63,305 nt of DNA, filler included, from Sphacelaria rigidula (GCA_964200075.2; 5 parts of 5 records of this genome joined end to end with filler, not necessarily neighbours in it); one strand, 5' to 3'. Counted from the first letter of the whole stretch, positions 12,583 through 25,364 are shown. Numbers and translations: made by a program. The notes: generated by a model from the sequence alone, not told the origin.

Positions 12583-12682
12583 NNNNNNNNNNNNNNNNNN
12601 NNNNNNNNNNNNNNNNNNNNNNNNNNTTAATTAATTAANNNNNNNNNNNNNNNNNNNNNNNNNNNNNNNNNNNNNNNNNNNN
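12583..12682. other. Artificial scaffold spacer N44-TTAATTAATTAA-N44
   Basis: Identical 100-bp six-frame-stop linker, found four times at ~12.68-kb spacing. Confidence 0.98.
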
Positions 12683-12730
12683 GGGGGGAGGGGGGAGAAG
12701 AAGGTGGGGGGGGGGGGGGGGGGGGGTGGA

Positions 12731-12769
<39 letters not shown>

Positions 12770-12894
12770 TGACCCTGTTTCTCCGTCGTGAAGCACAGAC
12801 CTTGGTGAAAGTACATGTACCACTGTAACACGCTGGATAACGGAGATCGGAGACAAAGCACTCAAAATATGCCACAACCCAGAGGTTTTGCAGC

Positions 12895-13075
12895 GATTGA
12901 TTCATTGACTGATGGATTATCTCACATTAGCTGATTGCAGCAATCTAGCCCGTGGTCAGGAGCAGCGAAACAAAAAAACAAATAAGAAAAAGAAGGAAAG
13001 AAGAAAAAACACAGTCAGAATGGTACGCTTACGCCATCTAAAAATCTTCCCGCTTGGCTAGATTAATTTGACTAC
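12895..13075 (-). mobile_element. Probable non-LTR retroposon 3' end with decayed (ATCA)n tail
   Basis: Minus strand tgaccacgggctagattgctgcaatcagctaatgtgaga + atccatcagtcaatgaatcaatc. Shares its terminal motif with the 19609/28975/43800 family. Confidence 0.5.
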
Positions 13076-13259
13076 ACATGATGATCATCATCATCATCAT
13101 CATCGTCACCAACACATCATCAAACATAATCAACGACGACGACGACGACGACGACGACAACGACAATAACAACAACAACAGCAACAACCAACATCCAACA
13201 CCAAGAAAAACATCATCAGTACCACCCCGATCCTCGCCAAAACAAGAACGATCTCGTAC

Positions 13260-13406
13260 CTCTCCTACGGTCGTCGTCAGCGTGACCTTGTCGCTGTCGA
13301 CCGGCGCGAGCGGTCGGGTAAACACCAGCGTCGTGGTTGTCCCCGATTGTGTTATCGAAGCTTGACTAACTTCTTGCGTGGCTGCCTCCGTCACTCCGGC
13401 GAGTGA
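13260..13406 (-). CDS. DOMON-domain protein, exon 4 (gene runs off the scaffold)
   Basis: ccccag|SLAGVTEAATQEVSQASITQSGTTTTLVFTRPL...VGE|gtacga, 147 bp, phase 0/0. TTLxFxRxL is a DOMON-type strand motif. Confidence 0.85.
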
Positions 13407-13884
13407 CTGGGGTCAGGGTACAGGGTACAGGGTACGAGGTACAGCAACAAAAACCGGAGAACGGGACATCATGGGACATCATAATAGACCATTAGTAGGT
13501 GAAAGTAGAGGGAACCAATTCGTGAGTACAAGTGGAAGGAGGCAAAACATCGTGTGTTTGGTGCGGTAAAACTACAATCTGGTGCGGGTTGTCGATCTAT
13601 GAATAGAAATGAGTAAAGATGAATTCATTGTTGAAGCCGTACTTCATTTTTTTGCTGTAGTTTTTTGTTTTTTACAGTTATACCTTTTATTTTTTTTCCA
13701 TCAGAATGCGACAGAGCGGGTGCAGATCTCTGCTACTGGTGGCGGATTTTTCAGTAGCTTGGATCATTTTTCACTTCACCACGTATTGTATTTTTTATTC
13801 TTTATTTTTCACCAAGAATGGGTAGGGTTCAGTCCTCTACTATGGTTGTCTATGTGTGAATCAGCTATCATTGGTCACTCCTGA

Positions 13885-14059
13885 GGCCAACTCTTATGGG
13901 AGCGTTTAAAACTTTATTTTGCAACAATTTTAGAGGAGTGTTTTTTCTCTGTCATCATGGTGAACGGGCACAAAATACACAACTACGGCACAGAAAAAGA
14001 AAAAAGTCGTTTAAAATTATTGCAAAATAGAATTCTAAACGCTCCCGTAAGAGTTGGCC
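13885..14059. mobile_element. PIF/Harbinger-like MITE, 175 bp
   Basis: ~48-bp TIRs ggccaactcttatgggagcgttta / taaacgctcccgtaagagttggcc. TSD TGA on both sides. Confidence 0.85.
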
Positions 14060-14338
14060 TGAGTGTCGGTTTTTCCTACGCTTACGATTGCACCAGAGTA
14101 TTAGTACAGTGGTAGTAGTAGTAGAAGTAGTAGCAGTAGTAGTAGCAGCAGCAGTAGCAGTAGTAGTAATTGGCACAAGAAAGAACGAAGGTACAACCTG
14201 GTTACAGCTATTGATCAGTCTCACCGCTACCCCGCGCCGAAAAAATAAGAAATTAAAATGAGAAAATAAACAGATGTTACATATATATAGATATAGATGA
14301 AGAAACAAGAACCCAATAAAAGGAGAAAACTTAGTTAC

Positions 14339-14464
14339 CCTTGAATCCATGATGTATTCCAGAGCCGTTGAATCATCAGGGAGTCCGATCACACAGTCTC
14401 CGGGTACCATCTCGCCATCTGCAGAAAAACCCAAACCCACCCATCCTTCACCCGTATATTCCAC
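14339..14464 (-). CDS. DOMON-domain protein, exon 3
   Basis: ctacag|VEYTGEGWVGLGFSADGEMVPGDCVIG...MDSR|gtaact. Contains the GWVGLGFS..G.M...D.VIG DOMON signature, including the putative heme-ligating Met. Confidence 0.9.
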
Positions 14465-14962
14465 CTGTAGAAAAACAACACACAACAAAGAACAGACACA
14501 TACACGTACATCAACACGTCAGCCAGGCGTTCAACCGGTATTGTGGTATGCTTTGGTACTCGATTCGCAGCCGTGCTGCCCTGACAAGGCGGTCCTTTTG
14601 GAGATGAAATCCCGCTTTACAGCAGTGACAGTAGGATCCCCCGGAAGCCGGTGAAACGCGGAGAAACTTTGAAATATTTTTCAACCTTACATTTCTCCAT
14701 TCAAAGTATCAATGCCTACCGAACTGCCAAGTTTAACCCTACCTTCAACTGAAGACTCCGCCTTGACTTGAAATTTGAGGAACGGTATTTTCTTCATTCC
14801 TTTTTTTCGCCTTTTTTCGGGAGTCCCAAAATGGCATGTGACATCCCCGATGACCGTCAGAGCCCCCGAAAACTGGCGGGGAGGAAAAATCGGAAAAAAA
14901 AATCCCTACAGGCTGGTTCACGCGTATCGTCTATTGCATTAGACGCGATATAATAATCTAAT

Positions 14963-15329
14963 CCGGTCGTCCCGGTGGCTCCGCTGGAAACCTCGAAACC
15001 TTCTGACGGTTGGGTCGCGGGTTCAAATCTCGGAGCGATCTGGGATTTTTTCTCATACCATGCCCAACAGTGGAGAGCGAGCATGTCATGGATACACAAA
15101 ATTCGACTCAACGGTCGACGAGGGAACGACACTGCTGACCAACCGCTCTCGGGAAAAAAAAATAAAGGCAAGCACCGCAGGAGGAAGGTGGAGCACTAAA
15201 AACAAACAAGAAAACAAACTGTATTGACTAATCTTCCTCTTCTGTGACCCCGGCTGATGCGCCCACATATACCGCAAGGTGTAGACCGGCGTCCAGAATA
15301 GACGGGACGATAACACACACACGCACACC
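14963..15329 (+). mobile_element. SINE family A, full-length tRNA-derived SINE
   Basis: A-box-like tggctccgctgg, B-box ggttcaaatct, body shared with other copies, short (CA)n tail. Confidence 0.85.
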
Positions 15330-15409
15330 CGCAACGCGGTCTAAGCATCAAGCGTACCAATTCTCGAAGAGCTACTATAAGTGCAACGTGAGACCATACT
15401 TGTACATAC

Positions 15410-15478
15410 CTGAAAAGTTACCTCCTCCGCGATGACGTCCACAGTCCAGTAGACGTTCACGTCATCCGACGCTTCGAC
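15410..15478 (-). CDS. DOMON-domain protein, exon 2
   Basis: acacag|VEASDDVNVYWTVDVIAEEVTFQ|gtatgt, 69 bp, phase 0/0. Carries the DOMON N-terminal xYW strand. Not in the ORF track. Confidence 0.85.
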
Positions 15479-16070
15479 CTGTGTATCGAACGAGAGGAAC
15501 AATTCATGTTATCCATATTGACACAAAACACACAACATAAACTCCGATCGAACGGGGCAGCTGTACGAGCTGGGCCGGCAGTAAATCCCACATCCTCTTT
15601 TTGCACTACAACTTTTCAACTTTCCCAAATCAGCGCGACTTGAGCATATCGCTGTGAACTGCGAACACGCTAACACACGGCACCGCCGCTGCGTGATTGG
15701 CGCAGTTTTGGCGATGATGCTATTGTACTGCATTGAGTACCGGGTACGTCTCTTGCAATCAAGTGACGACGTGTCTGGAGACGTTTCGTTTCACAAAATG
15801 CGGTGGAATTACGATAGACCGTTGCGCCGCATAGGCACACACACGCAAACCCAACATCCCCAGGCCAAGAGCACACTGGTCGTGCTGCAAGATGGCATCA
15901 AGCTCGTCATAAACTTCCGAGCCAACTGTCGTATATCACCGCACGAGGGAGAAGTACTACTTGAAACTGCGCTATACCCTCCCCGAAAGCAAGACCGTCG
16001 TCAAAATATCGAGACCCTTTGCAACCCAGAGGTACGAGAGATTATGCACGATTATTATAGTATGCACACA

Positions 16071-16147
16071 AAAAAAATGTCGTATCGGGATTCGAACTCG
16101 TTATCTGTGTAATTTGAGGCTGTTGTATCGGTTGGATCACCGGCGTC
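16071..16147 (-). mobile_element. Degenerate tRNA-like SINE head (possible third family)
   Basis: Minus strand gccggtgatccaacc...gagttcgaatcccg...ttttttt. B box is clear, A box is decayed, and there is no valid cloverleaf. Confidence 0.4.
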
Positions 16148-18280
16148 ACACAAAAAGTGCGACGCGAAGCTAAATTTGACGTATTTTTGGCTGAAACTTT
16201 ACAAGGATGTGGTTGACGCGAGTGCCCGTATGTGCCGGAGCGTTGTCATCGCTGTTATCAACTTTTGAGCAAGCTATAGCATTTTTCTTGCTTTTGCCGC
16301 AACTTCAACTCGCTCTAACTTCCTGTTTTTTTCTTTCTTTCCCGGTGACACCCCTCACAGAATTGGGCGGATTGGTGATAAAAAATGTCGTGCCAAAACT
16401 TCGGCGCCTAACTCTTCGAATTGCCAATAGCATCTCCACTGTTCGTTTCAAAATCACTGATGGCCGACCCAGCTCGTAGTGTGCGTTACGATTGTTCGTA
16501 TACCGCACACCGTGCCAGGATTGTACAATACACCGTACCCTACTAGTAGTGCACTGTTGGATACAGCTCAACGGCAGAATTCCCCCATGATTTACTACGC
16601 TGCACGTACAAACGCGGAGGATCATACGAGTAGCACAGTGGGATCTGAGGTTTGCGGATTGGGACGAGCGACAGTTGGCTATCGGCTTGGTGGAAGAAGA
16701 TCCAGGCATGCTACCCATCCATCGTGCGTTTTGTTTGCGTCCACGTGGGGCGCTGTGCATGGTTTGCCTCCAAAAATAATACTGCGGAAGTTGAAAATAC
16801 ATTACAGTGATCCAGATTCGCGAGAGAGATAATTCGGGCGTGCCAAACGCAATACAGGCATTATCAACATGTGCTCACAGCACAAAAAGTCTTTACTGCG
16901 GGAATGAACGCTGCTATTATACTGACTGTCTCATGGTGATGGTCGTAGAAGCTGATCTAGGGGGATAACCCCCAAAACCATGTCGACAAACGACTTCTCC
17001 ATAACATACACACAAAACAGATGCAGACGACGTAACTACACACTCGTTAGCATGTAGGAGAAAAAGCGATGTGGTCTCTTTTTCAGTGACAGCCCGCGGT
17101 GGGGGCGCTAGCTAGGGCGTGCGAAACAAGGGGTGTCAACTTCTGAAGGGTTTAGTGCGGGTGAATCTCCGAAAACCGATTACCCCGGGGTCTTCGGGTT
17201 GGTTTCTCAGAGATACCCCGTATGTCCAGCACTTGATGGGCACCGTGGACAGTCATGAACATCCACTACGAGTTCGTGGACAGGGTGGGGCGCGATTCGC
17301 AGCCGATAAAGAAATTGAGAGGACACCGTGAGATGAGGCAAGAGGGGTCGAGCCATGCAATGTATCGCATTTAGCCAGAGAAATTGTCAAATCCCTCGTC
17401 ACACACCTCAGTGTATGTATGCCCTACAACTTTTCAACGTCTACCCGTTCGCTCCATTCCCCACAGGCCATTTGCAAAAGCAAGCATATATATATATTTT
17501 TAATAATGCAGACGCTCCCGAATGAAGTTCAAGGTCATCAGCGTCGGGTCAATTTTCTTTCGCCAAGTTTCACGGGCTTCTTGTGGTCCCCGACCAAACT
17601 ACGCGGCACACTATCGGAATAATGTCACGTTTACCCCCCCAAACCTCACGCCGGTTTGGGAGTTGGGAGACCAAATATTACAAATATATTCCCAGCGGCA
17701 AGGTCGAGGTCGATTCATACGGTTTGTTGGGGGTCATGATCCGCTGGAAGCCCAGTTTCCCGGGGAAATTTCACGTTTGCTGGAAATCTCACGCCGGTTT
17801 CGAAAGGTGAAGACGAAAATTCGCGCACTTCGTTAATCGCCGTAAAAGTTATTATTGGATTTGAGTGGTCAAAGCGGGTTGAGTCGGAAGCCGCCAGGAA
17901 CGGCCAAAAATACCAAATTCTCGAACAACTTCATGTATACTTCATTTCTCACGCCGACTTTGAGGGTCGGGAGACGAAACATCACACACTTATCGCTTCG
18001 GGTAAAAGCCCGACGTCTTGCAATGATATTTCGAATATATGTACCGTAGTTCGGTTCGTTTCCACCAATTCCTTGGGCCACAAGCCGTCGGAACTGCCCG
18101 AGCACCTCAGATCCTCGTGAAAGTTCCACGTTTGCTCGGCTCATCACGGCGCTTTCAAGAGGTCAGGTGAGATAAGAGAGAAATTTCACACATGTTCTTG
18201 AAGGGACGCGCGAGGTCATCAGTGTTACGTACGTCATTGCTCCTCTCGTGGATCTGGAATATCATATCAAGTTTTCCTCC

Positions 18281-19416
18281 GGCGTGTCTTGGCACATCAT
18301 TTCTCGCTTGAAAAAAAGTGCGATGGAGAACAAGTATTCAGATCTGGTAGGTCGTGACTTCAACAACCTCCAAAATCAACTACGATGGTTGAAATCGCGA
18401 TCTATCACATCGGAGTTTTCTGCTTCCATTGCCCGATTTTTTCGATGGAAAAAATGGGGGAGTGGAATCGATATGAGCGAAATTCGCTCATTTTTCTCGA
18501 CCTGGACCCTAGCGAATTTTCCATCTTTCGATCGAAAAAAGACAGTGAAATTCGTGAAAAGGTACGTGGTCACTCGTGTACAGTACAGACAGTGTGTACT
18601 GTCTGCACTGCTTGCAAGCGGTGCCCTGAGTGCGTGTGTGCGTGTTTCGTACAAGAGGATATGAAAGAGAAGCGGGCGACGTGCAGTGCAGACAGTCCAG
18701 GACTACCAGTTCTCTCTGCTCACAATGCGAAGTGAAAAGGACTTCAGCAACGTGCAGCCTTGTACTGCCTGCACTGTTAATGAGCGTGCACGCAACTCGG
18801 TTGCCCACCATACCACGCAGTTACGTCGCTGATCCATACCATAAAAGAAGATGCGCAACTTCTCGCCAACAATAAACAAAGCATACGCAACTTCTGCAGT
18901 GTATCTATCCCTGGGCTCGACTCGTGCTTTATGCTGCAGGGTTATGGTGGTAGCTGAGAATGAGTTGGATGGAGTTTGCATGGTCCTGTGAACAGGGTGT
19001 TATCTGGCGTGGTGGTCTGTAAGATAGGAGTCAAGTGCCGCTTCGTGCCTTTCGACTACATGTTTTCGATCGAAAATGATTCTTCTTCGTCTCACATAGT
19101 TTTTCTCTGCGCGCCACTAATTATAATTTTGAGTTGAAGCCTCCTAGGCACATAAATGCGGTGGACCTATCAGATCGGCGAAAAAAAACCCGACAGCACT
19201 TTTTCGATAAAAAAACAAGTGCTAAGGGTGTGTCTTAGCACGTGAGCTTTCGATCGAAAATGTGCGGAGAAAAACAAAAAACTCGATCTGTGATGGGTCG
19301 TAATTTTAACCATCATCGTAGATTTCGAAGATTGTTGAAATCATGATCTATCAGATCAGGATTTTTGTTCTCCACTGATTGCACTCTCTCGATGGAAAAT
19401 GGTGTGCCAAGACACG
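18281..19416. mobile_element. Non-autonomous DNA transposon (~1.1 kb) with ~150-bp imperfect TIRs, in DOMON intron 1
   Basis: cgtgtcttggcaca / tgtgccaagacacg termini. 18283-18428 is an inverted copy of 19264-19416. Repeated internal palindrome tttcgatcgaaa. Confidence 0.7.
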
Positions 19417-19608
19417 GTCTGAGACACGCCCCCAGCAGGCATAAATGGACGACAAAGCGAAATGCCGGTAAACATGCGCTAAAAAATGGAGACGATCTCT
19501 GTACCCTCCACCTCGAGTAGCATTTCTACATCCTGGTGCCAACTAACTATAAATTGCTGCTTGTTCCGCTTCACGAGATGACCATCTATATTAGTACTGT
19601 ACTATTTT

Positions 19609-19668
19609 TTGCACTCTGTGACCACGGATTCGAGAGATCGAGCTAATGTGACGAACATAATGATAATT
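19609..19668 (+). mobile_element. LINE/SINE 3' end family C (short copy)
   Basis: tgcactctgtgaccacggattcgagagatcgagctaatgtga + TAA-like tail; also found near 29060 and 43950. Confidence 0.65.
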
Positions 19669-20892
19669 GTTCTATCTAAATCCTTGGACAGCTACTGGCT
19701 GCCTCTCCTCTTTCGGTCCCTAAATCAACCTTGTGTGTCCGATTATGTGCCGGATCCGATCCATACTTGAATCCGTTCGCTGCACTATTATAGCTGCACT
19801 TTGTAATGATCCATCCGGATCCATCCACCTCAGATCCCGCTACGCTCTGATCCTCCACCTTTGAGTTTTATTTTAATAGTCGGTTTCATTTCTTCCTTGT
19901 GGTCCCCATTCTCCGGAAATGATCGGGAACTACCACAAGAAACCGGCGAGTAAACTATTACACTGGCGACCTCGGCTTTCCCTTCAAAACCACGTCTGTG
20001 AAGTACAGTATCCTCTCTCAGAAGCGGCGTGAGAAACGGCTTCCGAGCAAAGCAGTTACTCGGTCAAACCTGTAGCCCTTTGGGGACAACTGTCCGTAGT
20101 GGTTTCGGAACATTTCTCAAAATAACTTCGAACACAAATCATAAACCATGATCCTGGGTCCTGCGCCCAAAGAAATAGGAATTTCAACTACACGAATGCA
20201 CAGGCTAGAGGAGAAATAACAGCCCACTGGCATACACATGAGTATGACAACAACCAACACAACTCAGTACCGTAGCCGTGCCCAGCCCTTACTAAGTAAT
20301 GCTGTAATACTGACGATGGCGATGACGACGACGACGACGACGATGATGATGATTGTAATTTCGGAACAGTTTTCGGTGCTTCTCTGAAGTAAGCAATTTG
20401 TACACCACAAACAATCGTGTACATGAACAAGGAGGGGACACCAGAGATTTTATCTGCATCCATAACGGGAGAGTTGTCTCAATCACATCGACAGATCACG
20501 GGTGACACAAAAACCCTCTGGCATACGTAGAGAGCGGCAAACGTGACACAACATCGCCGTGGCCTAATATCAGAGTGAAAATGATGCCGATTCAGTGGGC
20601 CGTAGTCCACGGTTAGTCCACTCCGGTCTCAAAATTCAGAAGGGTTCATAATGTGTGTACGAGAGGAAACTCCTCCAAGCCGAGTTACTATCGTGAAAGA
20701 CGTGCACCGACAGAAAAATGGCATGGTTGAAACCTCGAAGTATTGATATCGTAATTATTCCGCATCGGTAAAGTACGGGAAAATAACGGCCCGTGAGGTG
20801 ATGGTTTCCGAAACGTCATCATTCAGCACAACCGCTGGGATGCTTGCGAAACGATGGCGTTTTACATATTTTACCACAATGTATAAACTGTA

Positions 20893-21160
20893 GTATGGAT
20901 TTTTCTCATATGATGGGAGTATCTCAACTGAAGAGAGCGACGATGTCGTGAGTATGCACAAAGTTCGACTTCACAGGGTAAACGATGGAAACAGCCGACG
21001 AACTCTCATCACGATAAAAGGTACGGCAAGCACCGCTGAAGGAAATTGGAGGAGTGAAACAAGATGGCGATGATTGACATCGCTCCTGGTGACCCCAGCC
21101 TGATGCACTCACATATACCGAAAGCTGTAGACTAACGTCCAGAATAGATGGGGTGGCAAG
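20893..21160 (+). mobile_element. SINE family A, diverged copy lacking the head
   Basis: gtgaccccagcctgatgcactcacatataccgaaagctgtagactaacgtccagaataga matches the family 3' core. Confidence 0.7.
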
Positions 21161-21697
21161 ACGCACATATGCTGCATTATGTCGAGGCTATGTACCGTGA
21201 AGCCTGCGGCAGGTGACCGGCCTTGTACACAGTGCGATACAGTAAGATCTATACAGAAACGGTTGCCTACAGTACAGACAGTACGATATGGTACGCCCAC
21301 TGCCGACATCGTGTGTGTGTGTGGGGGGGGGGGGGGGCATACTGTCGATACTGAGTGTATTGGCTGTACTACTGGAAGTTTCCGTACCACATGTAGTGCC
21401 CTTTCGTCTGTCCTAACTGCCCTCTGAAACAACAATAGTTTACTCCAACGGACAGGATTTTGACTCCCGCAAGAGTATTATTTCGACCTATTCTTGGTGG
21501 AGAAGACGAAGACAAGCCAAGGGAATGCGCTTTGAACGAAATCGACATGGCGTGGGTGAGCTGCAAAGCCCCGCGGAACGTGCTTTGCGTTCCGATGTAA
21601 AACGGTCTGGTCAGGTCTGGCTTTGAAAAACGATAATTACCCAAGATCTACCTGATATATCAATACTAACAGGCCAAACACCACAACATCCCAATAC

Positions 21698-21808
21698 CTG
21701 GTAGTCGAAGTCGGCCAAAGTTGACTCCGTACATGTTTGCGCCTCCACTGTTGTAGTGGTAAAGGAGGCCACCACCAGCAACCCCACCGCCAAAAACATA
21801 CCCCGCAT
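21698..21808 (-). CDS. DOMON-domain protein, exon 1 (signal peptide)
   Basis: MRGMFLAVGLLVVASFTTTTVEA|QTCTESTLADFDYQ|gtattg. Classic signal peptide; phase 0 matches exon 2. Confidence 0.8.
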
Positions 21809-22998
21809 GTTTATCCTATTTCTCCGCGTGGACGGAAAAAATACGGCGGGAACGTCGCAAGCCGGAGAACTATCACGTGCTTCTATCTTTGCTCGTGTGA
21901 AGCCAGTCGTTCCTGTCTCTCTGTTAATCGGCCACCTTTATCTTCGTATTGCTGGAGTTGAAGGGAGAAAAATTCGTCGTGTTTACAACGAGATACGTAC
22001 TCCAAGTCTGTCGTAGCTTTCTGACTGTTGTGGATGTCGTGGTGTAGGCGGAGCGCAGAAACAAAAATATCGCTTTTCAACTGTTCGCATTTGCCCACTG
22101 CGATACGACCCGCGGTCGAAGATGGAAGATGCGAGAAATGCAAAGACGACCTCTAGTTCCTAAATATGATATCTTTTACGTCTATTTTAGGCTATTTCTT
22201 TTTCAGATTTTTTTTGGGGGGTTTTCCGAACGGCTGGGATGTTTTTTGAGACGTGCCCGGAAAAGTGTAGTCACCATCAGTCTGAAATTTCAGACAATCG
22301 AACGACAGCACTGACCATCATCGGGCAACCGGCCGATGTGTACTCCATGGTACTTGTCGGTGCACGAGAGTTGGTTGGTGCTGGGTGCCTCGCCAGTGAC
22401 ACTCTGAGCCACGACCAAGTAGAACGTGCCGCAGCTCTGCTGCGTAATCACCCCCTCAAGTCGGCGAAGAAGGGGATACGATACAACCAGGGCAACAACC
22501 TGTCCGTAATAAAAGCGGTAATAGTTGCTGTTGTTATGGTCGTGCATGGCCGCGACCTCAGGAGTTGCTCATACCAGTCAGTAGCCACAGCAGTAGTCGA
22601 CAACTTGGTCTTTTGCGGTATGTCTCTAGAACCGCTTTGTGGGTCTAAACCCCAAGCGCTGCTTTATCTTCATATACCGCTGTCCGTGTGTGTGTGTGTC
22701 TGTGTGTGTGTGTCAGGAGCAGTAGTGATATTGTCAAGAGGGGGCTCGCAAGGGGCTCGCCGTCTCCTGTGGTTGGATGTCCCTCCACTCCTCGCCGGTT
22801 CTACTACTCGTAGGGCGATTGCCGATTATGTCGTCCCATACATGGCAAGCCGTATAAATGCCCTGATCCCCAACACTGGTGATAAACCGCGACCAAGCGA
22901 ACAGTAGAAGCAGGAGAAGCTGGGGAATATACTGGGAAAAGAGGTTCTGAACGCCAGAATGGAAAATGGCTTCATGGTTTGTATCAGATTTACGTACG

Positions 22999-23150
22999 AG
23001 TCGCCCCAGTGGCTCAGTTGGCAACCTCTAAGACGGTTGGGTCGTAGGTCGAAGGGTATGGCACTCTACTGTAGCCGCTCTACTAGTATACCCTTTGTCA
23101 TGGGTTCAAATCTCGGTGAAGTCACTATCTGGATGTTTTCTAACATCATG
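22999..23150 (+). mobile_element. SINE family A head fragment with an insertion between the A and B boxes
   Basis: gtcgccccagtggctcagttgg (A box) ... gggttcaaatctcgg (B box, 23102). Confidence 0.6.
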
Positions 23151-23567
23151 CCGTAACCCCAAGACGCTCCGCATTGAAAAATGCGGGGCGATGAAGCTTT
23201 CATTAGAGGAGCGTATCTCACACAACCTACTGTTATAGCCAACTTGCCAAACCTTTGCCCATCGCGTTGCACGTCTCTTCCTCTGGCTATCGGAAACAAA
23301 GATAAGAACAAGGTGCCAGAACAAGGAGTTTGTAGTATTGTTGTCATTCCGTTGTCGGGTGTAGAATGGAAGCTTCGACGGCAGGATGACGGCTCTCTTG
23401 TGAACTCGAGTGGTGAAACAACGATGGTTCATTCCAGAACCAGGACAGTACCAGAACAGCAGTCTGTGCAGTATATTGCAGAACAGACAATACCTGTGTA
23501 TATCTGATATACACGCTGGTGTGGCATGATATAACCCTAATCCAGGCCTACAGTACTTCACAACCAG

Positions 23568-24686
23568 ATACCCTTGGGTGGAATAGCATTCCTGTGGCTC
23601 CGATCGTGGGGCGAAATGCACTCGACCGGCGGCAGTGGTGGCGGCGGCATCAGGGTAGAGGTAGAGGTGCGAAGACGCAACCAGCCCGCAACACCTGCCC
23701 TTGACTGGGGTTCGCCACCAACAGCAGAAGCGAAAGAATCAGTATCAACGAGCCCCTCTAGAGCGAAACACCCGTGGCTCATCCAAGAAGCCTACTCCGA
23801 CGATCGCTTCGATAGTCCGACCAGATTTTTCACGGCGGCTCCAGATCACCCAAAGCTGGGGAAATGGGCACAGCCTAGCACACTCAAGCACGTACCTGCC
23901 ACCACCAACAACACCAACACCCACACAGACAAAAGTCATGTCGACGGTGGGGCCACCCCTGCACGCCAGCAAGCAGTCCGCTTCACAGTAGCTAACGTTC
24001 CGTCGTTTGCCACTCACACCCCAAATCCCCGTCAGAACCCATATGAGCGAAACGCTGGAAAGCGAGGAATGGGGCCAGGAGAAACGGCATGCCGATCGGC
24101 GTTCGTGTCATCGAGAGAAGCGAATGGGATGAGCAAGCCCACAGGCGCAACGCCATGCACACGTTCGATGAGTGCAAAGCCGGGGTCAAGGGCACACAGT
24201 CCGCCCACGAGATTTGGTCACCACCGAAGTACCCATAGTCAGCCACAACAACAACCACCGCAACAGCCACAGAATCAGCTTGCGGTAACGCAACGGATTG
24301 ACACACCAATCTCTGGCAGGGTAGTCCGCCTACACCCACGCTCTCAGCAGCAACAGAATCTGAGTCTTCGAGCATCACCATCATTCCTGTCTCTTTGCGG
24401 GTCGTTTGATGCGTCTCGCCAAATAGGAACGGAGCAGCAACAACCCCAACAACCGCTCGTGAGGTTGTCGCCGTTGGGCAACAAGGGACCGGGCACAACT
24501 GGATCGGCGTTGGAAGAGTTCGAGTCACGTTCTTGGTTTCCTGATGCAAATGAAGGCTGTCGCACAGACTATCGCGAGGGTACTGGATATGCTGCTGTAA
24601 CGCAGGTCACACAAGATGGAGGAGCGGGAGCACGCGATCCGAAAACCTTCTCGGTCAGCAATTCACACACAACAGTTATACCCCAG
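23568..24686 (+). CDS. Large exon of an unknown, mostly disordered S/T/P/Q-rich protein
   Basis: Core of the 402-aa ORF. In-frame acceptor aaccag at 23567 (alternatively ATG at 23616); donor ccccag|gtatac. No recognisable domain. Confidence 0.55.
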
Positions 24687-24865
24687 GTATACTGCTTCTC
24701 GCAAGAACAGCAGGGTGTTCCATGTTGTCAGACCTTTGTGACTGGTGGCACTTATGCTGCGAAACTTCACGCACCTAGTTAGGGTCGGGCTGTTCTTTGA
24801 CAGACGTCCACCACTTTTTCGAAGAAAAAAATACTCGCCGAAAAATATGATCGCGGTTATTTTGG

Positions 24866-24967
24866 CCCTTTTAGACCGCGGTGCAGTCAGTCCATCTGGA
24901 TTACGGATACTTTTTCAAGTAAAATTGATGCCGCTTCAGCAGGTGACCTACACTCGCGGTCAAAGGC
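24866..24967 (+). mobile_element. piggyBac-like MITE, diverged copy
   Basis: cccttttagaccgcgg...ctcgcggtcaaaggc with the internal ttttttcaagtaaaattgatgccg shared with the other copies. Confidence 0.7.
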
Positions 24968-25264
24968 TTGACCAGATCAAGGAACAGAACAACTGAAGAC
25001 TGACTACATACGACTCGAAAATACTAGCTTTGATCTTTTTCAGTATTTTTTTCGGGAAGTCTGAAATTTTCCGAGAAAATCGAAAAAGTCCCAAAGAAAA
25101 GTCCCGTAAATAACGACCTTCTTCAATGATGTACTAAGGGACGACCCTTGGTGATTAACAGGACTTCTTGTTCAGATTTTTTCGATTTTTTCCAAGGGCG
25201 GGTGGAAAAAATATTCCTGGACCCACACTCACTTTTTTCTATTTGGGGCCAATTGGGGGGAGGG

Positions 25265-25364
25265 NNNNNNNNNNNNNNNNNNNNNNNNNNNNNNNNNNNN
25301 NNNNNNNNTTAATTAATTAANNNNNNNNNNNNNNNNNNNNNNNNNNNNNNNNNNNNNNNNNNNN
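25265..25364. other. Artificial scaffold spacer
   Basis: N44-TTAATTAATTAA-N44. Confidence 0.98.

Noticed and set aside
12683..12770. Poly-G/poly-C runs giving poly-Pro/Gly ORFs (also 25431, 32001, 33382, 38112)
   Set aside because: Adjacent to gaps or scaffold ends; typical low-quality short-read homopolymer artefacts, not extensin-like genes.
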